Shown here one piece after another: positions 9,431-19,169 of a stretch of 64,000 nucleotides of DNA. The stretch is from the NCBI GenBank assembly GCA_965223415.1, contig OZ245002.1, positions 1,632,001-1,696,000 of the forward strand, given 5' to 3'. The stretch comes from Myxococcota bacterium. GTDB taxonomy: Bacteria; Myxococcota_A; UBA9160; UBA6930. The position numbers and the translations under genes are program-made. Below the pieces are notes generated by a model that saw only the letters and a program-made list of their open reading frames with translations, searched no databases and was not told the origin of the DNA. How positions within the stretch are numbered: the first letter of the stretch is position 1; each line of letters opens with the position of its first letter.

Positions 9431-10283
9431 CGATGTTGAACACGCGCGCTGCGTTGTCTCGGAGGATCTTGCGTGTCGCCTCCTCGGAGAAACCGCAGTC
9501 GTACACATCGTCCACAGTCCGCTTGAAGGGCAACAGCGGGTAATCGGTTCCCCAGATCATCTTGTCCTGGCCGTAGCCGCCCGAGAACTCCTTCAGGCGC
9601 TCGGGCCAGTGGCGCGCCGCGCGCGCGGAAGACTCCACGTAGACGTTCGGGTGCTTCCAGGCGAGGATCATCATCTCCTCCTCCCAAGGATTGCCCACAT
9701 GGGTGCCCAGGATGCGGAGTTCGGGGAAGCTGAGCGCCACCTCGTCCAGGTAGATCGGACGCCCGCACTCCGAAGGCAGGAGCGGCCCGGTGTGTCCGAC
9801 CTGGATGGCGATCGGGATGTCGTACTCGCAGCAGGCCACGTAGAAGGGCCAGTACATGCGATCGGTGGGCGGCGGGGCCGTCGTCCGACCGTCTCCGTAC
9901 TGGTAGGGCTCCACGCGGAAAGCGCGGTAGCCGAGCTCCTCGACACAGCGACGGAACTCCTTCATGGCGGGCATGGGTTCGCGGATGTCGACGGTGAAGC
10001 ACCCGACGAAGCGATCCGGAGCGCGCGCGATGTAGGCCGCCGTCTCGTCGTTGTCGACCACCCAGGTGTCCAGGAACTTGAACGACGAAGCGACACCGAT
10101 CTCGACGCCGGCCTCGTCCATCTCGTCGATGATCTGGTCGAGGGTGAAGCCCTTGCGGAACCGTTCTTCGACTCCGTACTTCCGGAAGATGTGCCAGAAG
10201 GAGTCGGGCCAACGGTCGGCCGTCTCGGGCGACATGATGGACATCCAGGCGTCGATGGCGCCTACGCGCTTCGTGGTGCTCAT
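9423..10283 (-). CDS. Amidohydrolase family protein (Amidohydro_2)
   Basis: IDAW, QVGHTGPL, GRPIYLDEVA..FPEL, HVGNPW, WGTDYP, ILRDNAARVF. Confidence 0.88.
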   Translation of the reverse strand: MSTTKRVGAIDAWMSIMSPETADRWPDSFWHIFRKYGVEERFRKGFTLDQIIDEMDEAGVEIGVASSFKFLDTWVVDNDETAAYIARAPDRFVGCFTVDIREPMPAMKEFRRCVEELGYRAFRVEPYQYGDGRTTAPPPTDRMYWPFYVACCEYDIPIAIQVGHTGPLLPSECGRPIYLDEVALSFPELRILGTHVGNPWEEEMMILAWKHPNVYVESSARAARHWPERLKEFSGGYGQDKMIWGTDYPLLPFKRTVDDVYDCGFSEEATRKILRDNAARVFNIDV

Positions 10284-11455
10284 GAGCTCTCCGTGGTCTT
10301 GACCAGCGAGCGCGAGATGATCTCGCGCATGATCTCGGAGGTGCCGGCTCCGATGGAGAAGCCGGCAACGTCCCGGTAGTAGCGGGGGATGGGGGACTCC
10401 TCGATCTGGCCGTAGCCGCCGTGGAGCTGGAGCACGTGGGCGGCCACCGACTGGACGGCCGCCGCGGCGTGAAGCTTCGCCATGGAGACGGCCACGTCGC
10501 CGCCCCGGTCGCCATCGCTCAACAGGCGCGCCGCCTGGTAGCAGAGCGCCCGGGTCGCCTCGAGCTGCGTGGCCATCTCGGCGAGCCGGTGGCGCCAGGA
10601 TTGGAAGTCGAGGAGCGCGGAGCCAAACGCCTTGCGTTCGCGAGCGTGGTCGAGACCCAGCTCGATGAGACGCTCCATGATGCCGACGGCGAATGCGGCG
10701 ATGACGAGCCGCTCCCCGCCGAAGTGGGAGAGGATATAGTGCATCCCCTTCCCTTCCTCACCGATCAGGTTGGTGACGGGGATCCGGCACTCGTCGAAGA
10801 AGAGCTCGCCCGTATCCGACGCCCGCGATCCGAGCTTGTCGAGGCGACGACCGACCTTGAAGCCGGGCGTGTCGGTGGGAAAGACGACGAGCGAAATACC
10901 GCGCGGTCCGACCTCCCCCGTTCGAACGGCGAGCGTCACGAAGTCCGCGCGCGTGCCGTTCGTGATGTAGGTCTTCTGGCCGGAGATCACGTAGTCGCCA
11001 CCCACCCGTCGGGCGCGTGTGCGGATCGCGGCGACGTCGGAGCCGGCGCCGGGCTCGGAGACCCCGATCGAACCGATGCGCTCCCCGCGTATGGCGGGCG
11101 CCAGCCACTCCTCCTTGAGCTCGTCCCTCGCCTCGTCCGCGAGAGCCGAGAGGGCGAACTCCGACTGCGCCAGCAGGCCGACGGCGGTGCCGACCGAATC
11201 CCCCTTCGCGAGCTCCTCGCAGAGCACGCAGGTGGAGAGGAAATCCAGACCGCTGCCGCCCCAGCGCTCCTCGTAACGCATGCCCAGGAATCCGAGCGCG
11301 CCGGCCTTGCGGTAGAGCTCGCGCGGGAACTCTCCGGCGGCCTCCCAGGCATCCGCGTTCGGCCGGATCTCCCGATCGGTGAAGGCCGCCGCGCTCTCGC
11401 GCAGCGCCTGGTGATCGGCTCCCAGGTAGAGGGAGGGAAGGCGGAGGAGGCTCAT
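10280..11455 (-). CDS. Acyl-CoA dehydrogenase (long/branched-chain, AtuD-like)
   Basis: VSEPGAGSDVA, SGQKTYITNG, FGGERL, IGAGTSEIMR. Confidence 0.92.
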   Translation of the reverse strand: MSLLRLPSLYLGADHQALRESAAAFTDREIRPNADAWEAAGEFPRELYRKAGALGFLGMRYEERWGGSGLDFLSTCVLCEELAKGDSVGTAVGLLAQSEFALSALADEARDELKEEWLAPAIRGERIGSIGVSEPGAGSDVAAIRTRARRVGGDYVISGQKTYITNGTRADFVTLAVRTGEVGPRGISLVVFPTDTPGFKVGRRLDKLGSRASDTGELFFDECRIPVTNLIGEEGKGMHYILSHFGGERLVIAAFAVGIMERLIELGLDHARERKAFGSALLDFQSWRHRLAEMATQLEATRALCYQAARLLSDGDRGGDVAVSMAKLHAAAAVQSVAAHVLQLHGGYGQIEESPIPRYYRDVAGFSIGAGTSEIMREIISRSLVKTTESS

Positions 11456-11476
11456 CGGGGTGTTCCTTCTTGACTG

Positions 11477-11511
11477 ATGACCAGACTATGATATTGGTCA
11501 TTCATCGTCAA
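11477..11511 (-). promoter_or_regulatory. Sigma70-type promoter of the leftward operon, overlapped by a palindromic TetR operator candidate
   Basis: Minus strand TTGACG (11511-11506)-N17-TAGTCT (11488-11483); inverted repeat ATGACCA-N11-TGGTCAT (11477-11501). Confidence 0.65.
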
Positions 11512-11531
11512 CCGCTCTCCGGGAGCCTCCC

Positions 11532-12152
11532 ATGGCCGCCCTGCCCGACCCGGCGACCCGCCTGATCGCCGCCGCCGAGACCCAGTTCCGCCGCTTCGGC
11601 TACCGGCGCACGACGATCGACGACATCACCGCGGACGCCGGCACCGGAAAGGGCAGCCTCTACCTCCACTTCGAGTCGAAGCAGGCCGTCTACCTGGCCG
11701 TCGTGGGGGCGTCGGTCGAGCGCTTCGTGGGCGGCGCCTCCGAGCTACTGGAGGGGCCGGGCGCGGTCCCCGTGCGGCTTCGCTCCCTGGTCGAGCTGAC
11801 GATCGACCACTACGGAAGGGACGAGCTGCTCCAATCGTCGCTGTTCGGGAACGGCGCCCTCGTGGATGGCGAGGTCGCCCGAAGAGCGGCCGACCTCCAG
11901 CGCACCCGCATCGTCCACCTCCTGCGCGAGCTCCTCGCGGAGGGAACGCGAGAGGGAACAGTGCGCGCCGACATCGATGTGGACGCTGGCGCAGCCGTGC
12001 TCTTCGAGATCGGCTGGGCGGTCGTCCGCACCGCCCTCGAGGGCTCGAGCCGGATCCCCCTGGACGAGGCACTGAACACACTCAACCTGATCGTCGGCCT
12101 GGGCCTGCTGCCGCGGGGTGGCGGGTCGCCCGGGCCCCGACCGGAGGCGTGA
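11532..12152 (+). CDS. TetR/AcrR family transcriptional regulator
   Basis: FRRFGYRRTTIDDITADAGTGKGSLYLHFESK HTH; divergent from the catabolic operon. Confidence 0.92.
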   Translation: MAALPDPATRLIAAAETQFRRFGYRRTTIDDITADAGTGKGSLYLHFESKQAVYLAVVGASVERFVGGASELLEGPGAVPVRLRSLVELTIDHYGRDELLQSSLFGNGALVDGEVARRAADLQRTRIVHLLRELLAEGTREGTVRADIDVDAGAAVLFEIGWAVVRTALEGSSRIPLDEALNTLNLIVGLGLLPRGGGSPGPRPEA

Positions 12153-12153
12153 C

Positions 12154-12519
12154 GTGGACAACGAGCAGATCATCCGAAACTTCATCCAGGCCTGGTCGCG
12201 GCTCGATGCGGAGGAGCTCGCCAGCTACTTCACCGAGGATGGCGTGTACCACAACATGCCAACGGGCCCGGTGGCGGGGCGCAAGAACGTCCAGCAGATG
12301 ATCGCGGGCTTCATCTCGAGCTGGACCCGGACCGAGTGGGACATCCTCCATCTCGTGTCGGCGGGTGACGTCGTGATCGCCGAGCGCCTCGACCGCACGA
12401 AGGCCGGGGACAAGGGCGTCGATCTTCCCTGCACCGGCGTCTTCGAGATGAAGAACGGCAAGATCCGCGTGTGGCGCGACTACTTCGACCTCGGGACCTA
12501 CGCCAAGGGAATGAGCTGA
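12154..12519 (+). CDS. Limonene-1,2-epoxide hydrolase family (NTF2-like)
   Basis: YHN, ERLD and WRDYFD catalytic motifs; GTG start 1 nt after the TetR stop. Confidence 0.88.
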   Translation: MDNEQIIRNFIQAWSRLDAEELASYFTEDGVYHNMPTGPVAGRKNVQQMIAGFISSWTRTEWDILHLVSAGDVVIAERLDRTKAGDKGVDLPCTGVFEMKNGKIRVWRDYFDLGTYAKGMS

Positions 12520-12525
12520 CCGGGC

Positions 12526-13428
12526 CTAGAGGTAGGACACCCCGGTCAGCTCCTGGCTCAGATCCCACAGCCGCCGGGCCACCCCCTCGTCGTGGATGTG
12601 GTCCGCGATCACCGCCGGCCCCGCGGAGCGGGCCATCTCGAAGCGCTTTGTGGGCCCGTAGTAGTCCCGCGGCTTCGCCTCGGGGGAGGTCGCGGCCAGG
12701 AGCGAGGGGAGCGCGCCCTCCGCCGGCGTGTTGAAGATGGGGCGGATGATCGGCGCGAAGATCCGGAACCACTTCGGGAAGGTCCGCGAGAGCTCCGTAT
12801 CGGCGACGCCGGGATGGCAGGCCACGCTGGTCACGCCGACGCCCCGGGCCTCGAGACGTCGCGCCAGCTCGAGGGTGAAGTAGAGGTTGGCCGCCTTGCT
12901 CATCTGGTAGCGCTCCATCGCCTTGTAGGAGCGCTCGGCGTGGGGATCCTCGAAGTCGATCCGGCCGCCCCGGTGGGCGCCGCTGCTCACGTTCACGACG
13001 CGGGCCCCTGGCGTCCCGGCCAGCAGGTGCAGCAGGTGGCCGGTGAGCGCGAAGTGGCCGAGGTGATTGACGCCGAACTGCAGCTCGAAGCCGTCCTCGG
13101 TGAGGGTCTTCGGGGGGATCATCACGCCGGCGTTGTTCACGAGGACGTCGAGGCGCGGCTCGCTCTTCACCGCCTGCGCCGCGCCCTCCGCGGACTTCAG
13201 GCTCGTCAGATCGAGGGGGATCCAGGCGAGGTCCGCCCCGGGGTGCAGGGCACGGATCTCGTCCATGGCCTGCGTGGCCTTCTCCTCCGAGCGACAGCCA
13301 AACAGCACCCGGCCGCCGCGGCCCGCGAGGACCCGCGAGGCCTCGTACCCGATGCCGGTGTTCGCGCCGGTGATGAAGAAGGTCTTGCCTTCTTGGGACG
13401 GGACGGAGGACTCGGAGTAGTCGGTCAT
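12526..13428 (-). CDS. SDR oxidoreductase (retinol dehydrogenase-like)
   Basis: TGANTGIG, NNAG, QFGVNHLGHF, YQMSK, HPG. Confidence 0.92.
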   Translation of the reverse strand: MTDYSESSVPSQEGKTFFITGANTGIGYEASRVLAGRGGRVLFGCRSEEKATQAMDEIRALHPGADLAWIPLDLTSLKSAEGAAQAVKSEPRLDVLVNNAGVMIPPKTLTEDGFELQFGVNHLGHFALTGHLLHLLAGTPGARVVNVSSGAHRGGRIDFEDPHAERSYKAMERYQMSKAANLYFTLELARRLEARGVGVTSVACHPGVADTELSRTFPKWFRIFAPIIRPIFNTPAEGALPSLLAATSPEAKPRDYYGPTKRFEMARSAGPAVIADHIHDEGVARRLWDLSQELTGVSYL

Positions 13429-13540
13429 GGGTCGGGTCCGGGGATGAGCGATTGAATCCGGATCTTAGGGCAGATATCGTGGCCAGCCCGATGGGCCTTC
13501 GAACGCAGAGCGTCGGACGCGCCCACCCACGGAGGTCTCC

Positions 13541-13978
13541 ATGACCAGGCTTCTCGCCCTCGGGCTGATCGCCTCTCTCCTCGGCTGCAACGGCCCCCTC
13601 GTTCTGCTGCCCGGCGGCACGATCGAAGGCACGCTGGCACCGGCGCCCGCCGACTGGTCGTTCACGGACGCGGTCGACACGGTGCAGCTCGAGACGAACC
13701 CGACCGAGCCCTACTCGGTGAACATCTGGCTGATCGGCCTGGGCGAGCATGCCTACGTGCACGCCGGGGACAACCGGTCCGCCTGGGTGGAGCACATGGA
13801 GGCGGATCCGAAGGTGCGCGTGCGGGTGGAGGAATCGATCTACGAACTGGCCGCCGCGCGGGTCGACGGCCAGGACGAGTTCGATCGCTTCGCGGACGCC
13901 TACGAGAAGAAGTACGGGCGCCGCCCGGGCAACGAGAACGTGGCGGAGGCCTACCTCTTCCGCCTCGGGGCGCGCTGA
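13541..13978 (+). CDS. Putative lipoprotein, split-barrel/DUF2255-like
   Basis: Lipobox SLLGC, VQLET...PYSVNIW, AYEKKYG; GGAGG RBS. Confidence 0.65.
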   Translation: MTRLLALGLIASLLGCNGPLVLLPGGTIEGTLAPAPADWSFTDAVDTVQLETNPTEPYSVNIWLIGLGEHAYVHAGDNRSAWVEHMEADPKVRVRVEESIYELAAARVDGQDEFDRFADAYEKKYGRRPGNENVAEAYLFRLGAR

Positions 13979-13982
13979 TCCC

Positions 13983-14966
13983 ATGGAACGGCGCACGCTG
14001 GGAGGCCTCGAGGTCAGTGCGATCGGGCTCGGCTGCATGAGCATGACCGATTCCTACGGGAAGGCGGATCCCGAGGAGTCGGAGAAGACGCTCCGCCGGG
14101 CCCTCGAGCTTGGCGTGACCTTCTTCGACACCGCCAACGCCTACGGCCTCGGAGAGAACGAGCGACTCGTCGGACGCGTGCTGGCGGACCACCGGAACGA
14201 GATCCAGCTCTCCACGAAGTTCGGCTTCGTCGTGCGCGAGGGCGGGCCCACGATCGACGGGCACCCCGACCGCGTCGAGGAACGCTGCGACGAGTCCCTC
14301 GAGCGCCTCGGCATGGAGGCGATCGATCTCTACTTCCTGCATCGCCCCGACCCGGAGGTTCCGATCGAGGACACCGTCGGTGCGATGGCGCGACTCGTGG
14401 AGGCCGGGAAGGTCCGCCACCTGGGGCTGTGTGAGATCTCCGCGCGGACCCTGCGCAAGGCCTGCGCGGTCCACCCGATCGCCGCGGTGCAGTCGGAGTA
14501 CTCGCTCTGGACCCGCGATCCGGAGACCCACGTGCTGCCGGCCTGCCGGGAGCTCGGGGTGGGCTTCGTCCCGTTCAGCCCGATCGGTCGCGCCGTGCTG
14601 ACCGGGACCATCGATCGCGAGACCCGCTTCGAGAACGGCCCGGACATGCGCTCCAGCATGCCGCGTTTCCAGGGGGAGAACCTGGAGAAGAACCTCCAGC
14701 TGGTGGACGGGCTCAAGGCGGTGGCCGCCGAGCTGGAGGTGACGCCGGGCCAGCTGGCCCTGGCCTGGCTGCTCGGAAAGGGCGAGCACATCGCGCCGAT
14801 CCCGGGAACGAAGCGGCGGCGCTACCTGGAGGAGAACGCAGCCGCCGCCGGGATCGCCCTCGACGCTGCGATGATCAGCCGCCTCGATGGGATCTTCGCG
14901 CCCGAAGAGGTGTCCGGCGAGCGCTATGGCCAGCGCTGGATGCAGTCCACGGACACGGACGACTGA
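13983..14966 (+). CDS. Aldo/keto reductase
   Basis: GLGCMSM, DTANAYG, IDLYFLHR, QSEYSLW, PIPGTK. Confidence 0.94.
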   Translation: MERRTLGGLEVSAIGLGCMSMTDSYGKADPEESEKTLRRALELGVTFFDTANAYGLGENERLVGRVLADHRNEIQLSTKFGFVVREGGPTIDGHPDRVEERCDESLERLGMEAIDLYFLHRPDPEVPIEDTVGAMARLVEAGKVRHLGLCEISARTLRKACAVHPIAAVQSEYSLWTRDPETHVLPACRELGVGFVPFSPIGRAVLTGTIDRETRFENGPDMRSSMPRFQGENLEKNLQLVDGLKAVAAELEVTPGQLALAWLLGKGEHIAPIPGTKRRRYLEENAAAAGIALDAAMISRLDGIFAPEEVSGERYGQRWMQSTDTDD

Positions 14967-15005
14967 GACGAGCACCCTGGTGGAGCGCGACCCACCGGAA
15001 GCGGC

Positions 15006-16490
15006 TCACCTCATCTCGTAGTCGTCGAAGCGCGGGTTCCCCATCTCCTCCCGGAACCGGTCGAAGGTCCACGGCCACACGGCCGGCACCCCATGGGCGT
15101 CCAGGTACCAGCTGTTGCAGCCGCTCTGCCAGATCGTGGTCTTGGCGGCCTCCTTGCGCTCCTCGTCGAAGCGCTCCACGGATTCCTGCGCCGCGCTGAT
15201 CTCCCGGCACTCGCCGGATCGGACTTTCTCCACGAGCTGCATGATGTAGGAGAACTGCAGCTCCGCGACCTCGATCAGGGAGAAGTTGCCGACCGGGCCG
15301 TTGGGGCCGTTGAGCATGAACAGGTTCGGGAATTCCGCGACCGAGATGGCCATGTATGCGCACGGGCCGTCGCTCCAGGCCTCCTCCAGGGAGAGCCCGT
15401 CGCGTCCCACGACCTCCATCGGCCGCATGAAGCGGTCGACGCGGAAGCCGGTGGCGAGGATCAGCACGTCGAGCTCGTGCAGCTCGCCGTCGCGGGTGCG
15501 GACGCCACCGGGCTCGACTCGCTCGATTCCCTCGGTGACGAGATTCGCGTTGGGCTCCTGGATGGCCTCGTAGAAGTTCTCGGACATGATCAGGCGCTTG
15601 CAACCGGCGCGGTAGTTCGGGCGCAGCTTCTCCTTCAGCTCCGGGTCGCGGACGCTGGTCTCGAGGTTCTGCTCGCAGGCGTCGTGCATCGCCTGGAGCA
15701 CCGGCGAGTAGGCATCGACGACCGCGTTGGCGAAGCCGTCCACGAACTGCTTCGAGGTCTCCTCCCGGAGCTGGGCGATCGCCTCCGGGTGCTTGCGAAA
15801 CTCCTCCTTCTCCTCCTCGGAGTAGGCCGGGTTCTCCTGGGGCATGATCCACTGGGCGGTGCGCTGGAAGAGCGTGAGCTCCGCAACCTCGTCGATCAGC
15901 GCGCCCACGATCTGGATCGCCGTGGAGCCCGTCCCGATGACGCCGACCCGCTTGCCCGCGAGCTCCACGTCGTGGTTCCAGCGGGCGCTGTGGAACATGT
16001 CGCCCTCGAAGCTGCTGAGGCCTTCGATGTCCGGGTAGGAGGGGTGGTGCAGGACGCCGGTGGCCGCGATGACGAAGTCCCCCTCGTCCCGCGTGCCGTC
16101 GGCGGTCTCGATCCGCCAGCGCCCGTCCTCGAAGGCGCAGTGGGTGATCTCCTGGCCGAACTGGATCCTCCCCGTCACGCCGTAGCGCTTGGCGACGTCC
16201 TCGAAGTAGGCCTGGATCTCCGGGCCCGGCGAGAAGCGGTGGCTCCATTCCGGGTTGTACGCGAAGGAGTAGCTGTAGAAGTGGGAGGGAACGTCGCAGG
16301 TGAGGCCCGCGTACTCGTTCTCCCGCCAGGTACCGCCGAGGCGCTCGGCCTTCTCGTAGATGGCGAAGTCGAGGCCGGCCTCCTCCAGCTTGATCGCGCT
16401 GAGGATGCCGGACATGCCGGCTCCGATGATGAGGAAGCGCAGATCGGTGCGGGCCTCGGGTGTCGCAATCGGGGTGGCGGCGGCGGTCAT
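15006..16490 (-). CDS. Flavin-containing monooxygenase (Baeyer-Villiger type)
   Basis: GAGMSG, GGTW..N.Y.G..CD, FEGDMFHSARW fingerprint, GTGST, ATGF. Confidence 0.92.
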   Translation of the reverse strand: MTAAATPIATPEARTDLRFLIIGAGMSGILSAIKLEEAGLDFAIYEKAERLGGTWRENEYAGLTCDVPSHFYSYSFAYNPEWSHRFSPGPEIQAYFEDVAKRYGVTGRIQFGQEITHCAFEDGRWRIETADGTRDEGDFVIAATGVLHHPSYPDIEGLSSFEGDMFHSARWNHDVELAGKRVGVIGTGSTAIQIVGALIDEVAELTLFQRTAQWIMPQENPAYSEEEKEEFRKHPEAIAQLREETSKQFVDGFANAVVDAYSPVLQAMHDACEQNLETSVRDPELKEKLRPNYRAGCKRLIMSENFYEAIQEPNANLVTEGIERVEPGGVRTRDGELHELDVLILATGFRVDRFMRPMEVVGRDGLSLEEAWSDGPCAYMAISVAEFPNLFMLNGPNGPVGNFSLIEVAELQFSYIMQLVEKVRSGECREISAAQESVERFDEERKEAAKTTIWQSGCNSWYLDAHGVPAVWPWTFDRFREEMGNPRFDDYEMR

Positions 16491-17164
16491 GTCTTCTCCT
16501 CGTCTTCCGGTTCCCAGGCCAGGGCGGGCAGGCCGCCCATCGTGAAGCGCACCAGGGCGTCGAGCAGGCGCTCACGCGCCGCGGGCCGTTCGTCGTCCGG
16601 CAGGTCCTGGTAGAGAGCCACGCTGCTGAGGCCCAGGTCGATCACCAGCTGCGCGGCGAGCCGGCAATCCGTTTCGGGGACGCCGGCGGCGGCGAGCCGG
16701 TGGTAGTAGGCGGCGAGTCGATCGACCCAGCCTTCGTGGCTCTCGCGCAGGTAGCCGGACACCACCGGGTCGTCGTTGTCCCGCTCGCGTCGCTGGATGC
16801 GGAGCAGGTCCCCGTGCTCGTCGGCCAGGTCGAGGGCCATGCCGTAGCAGGCCCGGGCGAGGTCCACGAAGCCGGCGCGCTCCGCGGCGCCCGGGGCCTC
16901 CAGGCTCGCGAGCAGCCGATCGCGGAAGGCGCGGCCGTGCTCGTCGAGGATCGCCACGAGCAGCTCGTTCTTGTCGCGGAACTGGTGGTAGAAGCTGCCG
17001 GTGGAGACGCCAGCGGGCCGCAGGATGTCGTCGACCAGGATGGTGCCGGCGAGCCCCTTGCGCGCGAAGGCCTTGCGGCCCGCCTCCATCAGGCGTTGCC
17101 GCGTCGCGAGGGCACCCCGCCGGCGCGGGGCCGGGGTGGCGGGACTGGCGGAGGCGGGGGCCAT
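16487..17164 (-). CDS. TetR family transcriptional regulator
   Basis: AGVSTGSFYHQFRDK HTH; overlaps the monooxygenase start. Confidence 0.88.
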   Translation of the reverse strand: MAPASASPATPAPRRRGALATRQRLMEAGRKAFARKGLAGTILVDDILRPAGVSTGSFYHQFRDKNELLVAILDEHGRAFRDRLLASLEAPGAAERAGFVDLARACYGMALDLADEHGDLLRIQRRERDNDDPVVSGYLRESHEGWVDRLAAYYHRLAAAGVPETDCRLAAQLVIDLGLSSVALYQDLPDDERPAARERLLDALVRFTMGGLPALAWEPEDEEKT

Positions 17165-17168
17165 CCGC

Positions 17169-17201
17169 TCTAGAATACAGCTTCTAGAAGAATTATTCCA
17201 A
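17169..17201 (-). promoter_or_regulatory. Leaderless-type promoter of TetR overlapped by a palindromic operator candidate
   Basis: TCTAGAA-N6-TTCTAGA (17169-17188); minus strand TTGGAA-N18-TATTCT, with ATG 7 nt downstream. Confidence 0.55.
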
Positions 17202-18044
17202 TCTTGTCGCCGGCGCGAGGCCCCAGTCGATTGCGTTGCGCAGCAGGCGCTCGAAGGGCTCCGTCTCCCAAGGGCCGCGGAAGTGCGGGGGCGTCGTCCC
17301 CGCGGCGTCCACGCTGGCGTCGACGAAGGGCTGGATATTGGTCGAAGGCGTGTGGCAGTGGCCCAGGGCGAAGTAGGCCACGGCCCCGGCTCCGTGCTGC
17401 CGGACGTAGCCGAGCACCCGGGTGTGTCCGTCGGATCCGACGGAGGTGTCGTCTCCGTAGGTGAATCCGAACGTTCGGGGCGCCGGGTCGTCGGCCGGGA
17501 GATCGGCGGTCGTGAGCAGCACCCGGGTCTCCGCGGCGGCGCGGAGCTCGAGCAGGTAGAGCTCGTCCATCACCTCGAAGGACGCCGGCAGGCCGCGGGT
17601 CAGGGGATGTCCTTCCTCGTGCACGTCGACCCGGAAGCGCCGGATCGGGGGATGGTTGAGGAAGAAGGCACCGAGCACGTCGTGGTGACGGGCGCTCGAC
17701 AGGGTCCGGCCCGGACGCCCGTCCGGAAGCGGCACCGCCTTGCCGCCGCTCGTGCCGTGGAGGGCGAGCCAGCGCCCTCCCCCGTCGAGCCAGGCGGCCA
17801 GCTCCTCCGCCTGCACCTCGTTCGGGAACGGGCCCGCGACGTAGGTCACGAGTAGGTCGCTCTCCGGCAGCCAGCTCCCGAGGTCCGTGAAGTCCGGCGC
17901 GACGCTCGCCCTCGTCCGGTCGCCCTCCTGCAGCAACGAGAGGATGCGGAGCCGCGCGTAGTCGATGTCGTGGCCCGCGGCGGAGCCGCGCGGGAAGCCG
18001 CCGGCGACGACGTGGGCGCGAGCGGGCGCGGGGGAGGAGGACAT
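17193..18044 (-). CDS. ThuA-like (class I glutamine amidotransferase-like) domain protein
   Basis: GHD, GGRWLALHG, FLNHPP, DELY, YFALGH. Confidence 0.8.
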   Translation of the reverse strand: MSSSPAPARAHVVAGGFPRGSAAGHDIDYARLRILSLLQEGDRTRASVAPDFTDLGSWLPESDLLVTYVAGPFPNEVQAEELAAWLDGGGRWLALHGTSGGKAVPLPDGRPGRTLSSARHHDVLGAFFLNHPPIRRFRVDVHEEGHPLTRGLPASFEVMDELYLLELRAAAETRVLLTTADLPADDPAPRTFGFTYGDDTSVGSDGHTRVLGYVRQHGAGAVAYFALGHCHTPSTNIQPFVDASVDAAGTTPPHFRGPWETEPFERLLRNAIDWGLAPATRLE

Positions 18045-18122
18045 GGCGGGCGACAGGGTAAAGCGGTACCGGTTCGCGGCAAGTGACCGGATCGGTCACG
18101 GCGCCGAGCCATCCTTCCGGCC

Positions 18123-19169
18123 GTGGCTGGCGTTCGCATCCTGCTGCTCTCGGATACGCACATCGGGTTCGACACACCCCGCCGGCCGCGGGTGGCCCGC
18201 CGGCGCCGGGGGCCGGACTTCCAGGCGTCCTTCGAGCGAGCCCTCGAGCCAGCCCTTCGCGGAGAAGCCGATCTCGTCGTGCATGCCGGCGATCTCTTCC
18301 ACCGCAGCCGGGTGAGCACGGGGGTCGCCGAGCAGGGCCTGGCTCCGCTGCGCCGCGTCGCCGAGTGCGGCGTGCCCGTCTTCCTGGTGCCCGGCAACCA
18401 CGAGCGCTCGCGGATCCCCTTCCCCCTCCTGGCCGCCCATCCGAACCTCCACGTGTTCCACGAGCCGACGACCTTCTCCGGAAGGTGGGGAGGCGTGCGC
18501 GTGGCGGTCGCCGGGTTCCCGTTCGTCCGAAGGATCGGCGGCCGCAGCTTCGCCGAGCAGCTGGCCCGGACCCGCTACGAGGATCACCCGGCGGACGTGC
18601 GGATCCTGTGCCTCCACCAGGCGGTGGAGGGAGCCCGCGTCGGGCCGGCGGACTTCCTGTTCCGGTCCGGAAGCGACGTGATCTCCTGTGCCGAGCTGCC
18701 TGCGGGGTTCGATGCCTTCCTCGTCGGGCACATCCACCGCCACCAGGTGCTGACGCGAGATCTCGGCGGTCGTCCCCTTTGTGCGCCGGTACTGTTCTGC
18801 GGATCCACCGAGCGCACGTCCTTCGCCGAGCAGCACGAGCGCAAGGGAGCGCTGCGCGTCCATGCCGCTCCGGGCCGACCCGTTCGCTGGCGCTTCGATC
18901 CGCTGCCGACGCGGCCGATGCTCACCCTGCCCCTGGCCGCGGGTGGCAGCGCGGCCGAGCGGCTACGGCTGCTGCTCAGCGGCTGTCCGCCGGACGCGAT
19001 CGTGCGCATCGATCTGCAAGGGCCGGGCACGCTGCCGAGCCTGGCTCGGATCCGGGCCCTCGCGCCGGGAATGAACGTGAGCCTGTCGCGCTCGCCAGTC
19101 GGCGCGGCGCCTGCGGCCACGCCTTCCCTGGATCGCCGTCAGCTGCCGCCGCTGCGAGCACGCAGGTAG
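18123..19169 (+). CDS. Metallophosphoesterase, SbcD/Mre11-like nuclease
   Basis: DTH, HAGD, PGNHE, GHIH, GSTERTSFAE. Confidence 0.88.
   Translation: MAGVRILLLSDTHIGFDTPRRPRVARRRRGPDFQASFERALEPALRGEADLVVHAGDLFHRSRVSTGVAEQGLAPLRRVAECGVPVFLVPGNHERSRIPFPLLAAHPNLHVFHEPTTFSGRWGGVRVAVAGFPFVRRIGGRSFAEQLARTRYEDHPADVRILCLHQAVEGARVGPADFLFRSGSDVISCAELPAGFDAFLVGHIHRHQVLTRDLGGRPLCAPVLFCGSTERTSFAEQHERKGALRVHAAPGRPVRWRFDPLPTRPMLTLPLAAGGSAAERLRLLLSGCPPDAIVRIDLQGPGTLPSLARIRALAPGMNVSLSRSPVGAAPAATPSLDRRQLPPLRARR

Noticed and set aside
11470..11492. TTGACT/TATGAT as the plus-strand TetR promoter
   Set aside because: The spacer is only 11 nt
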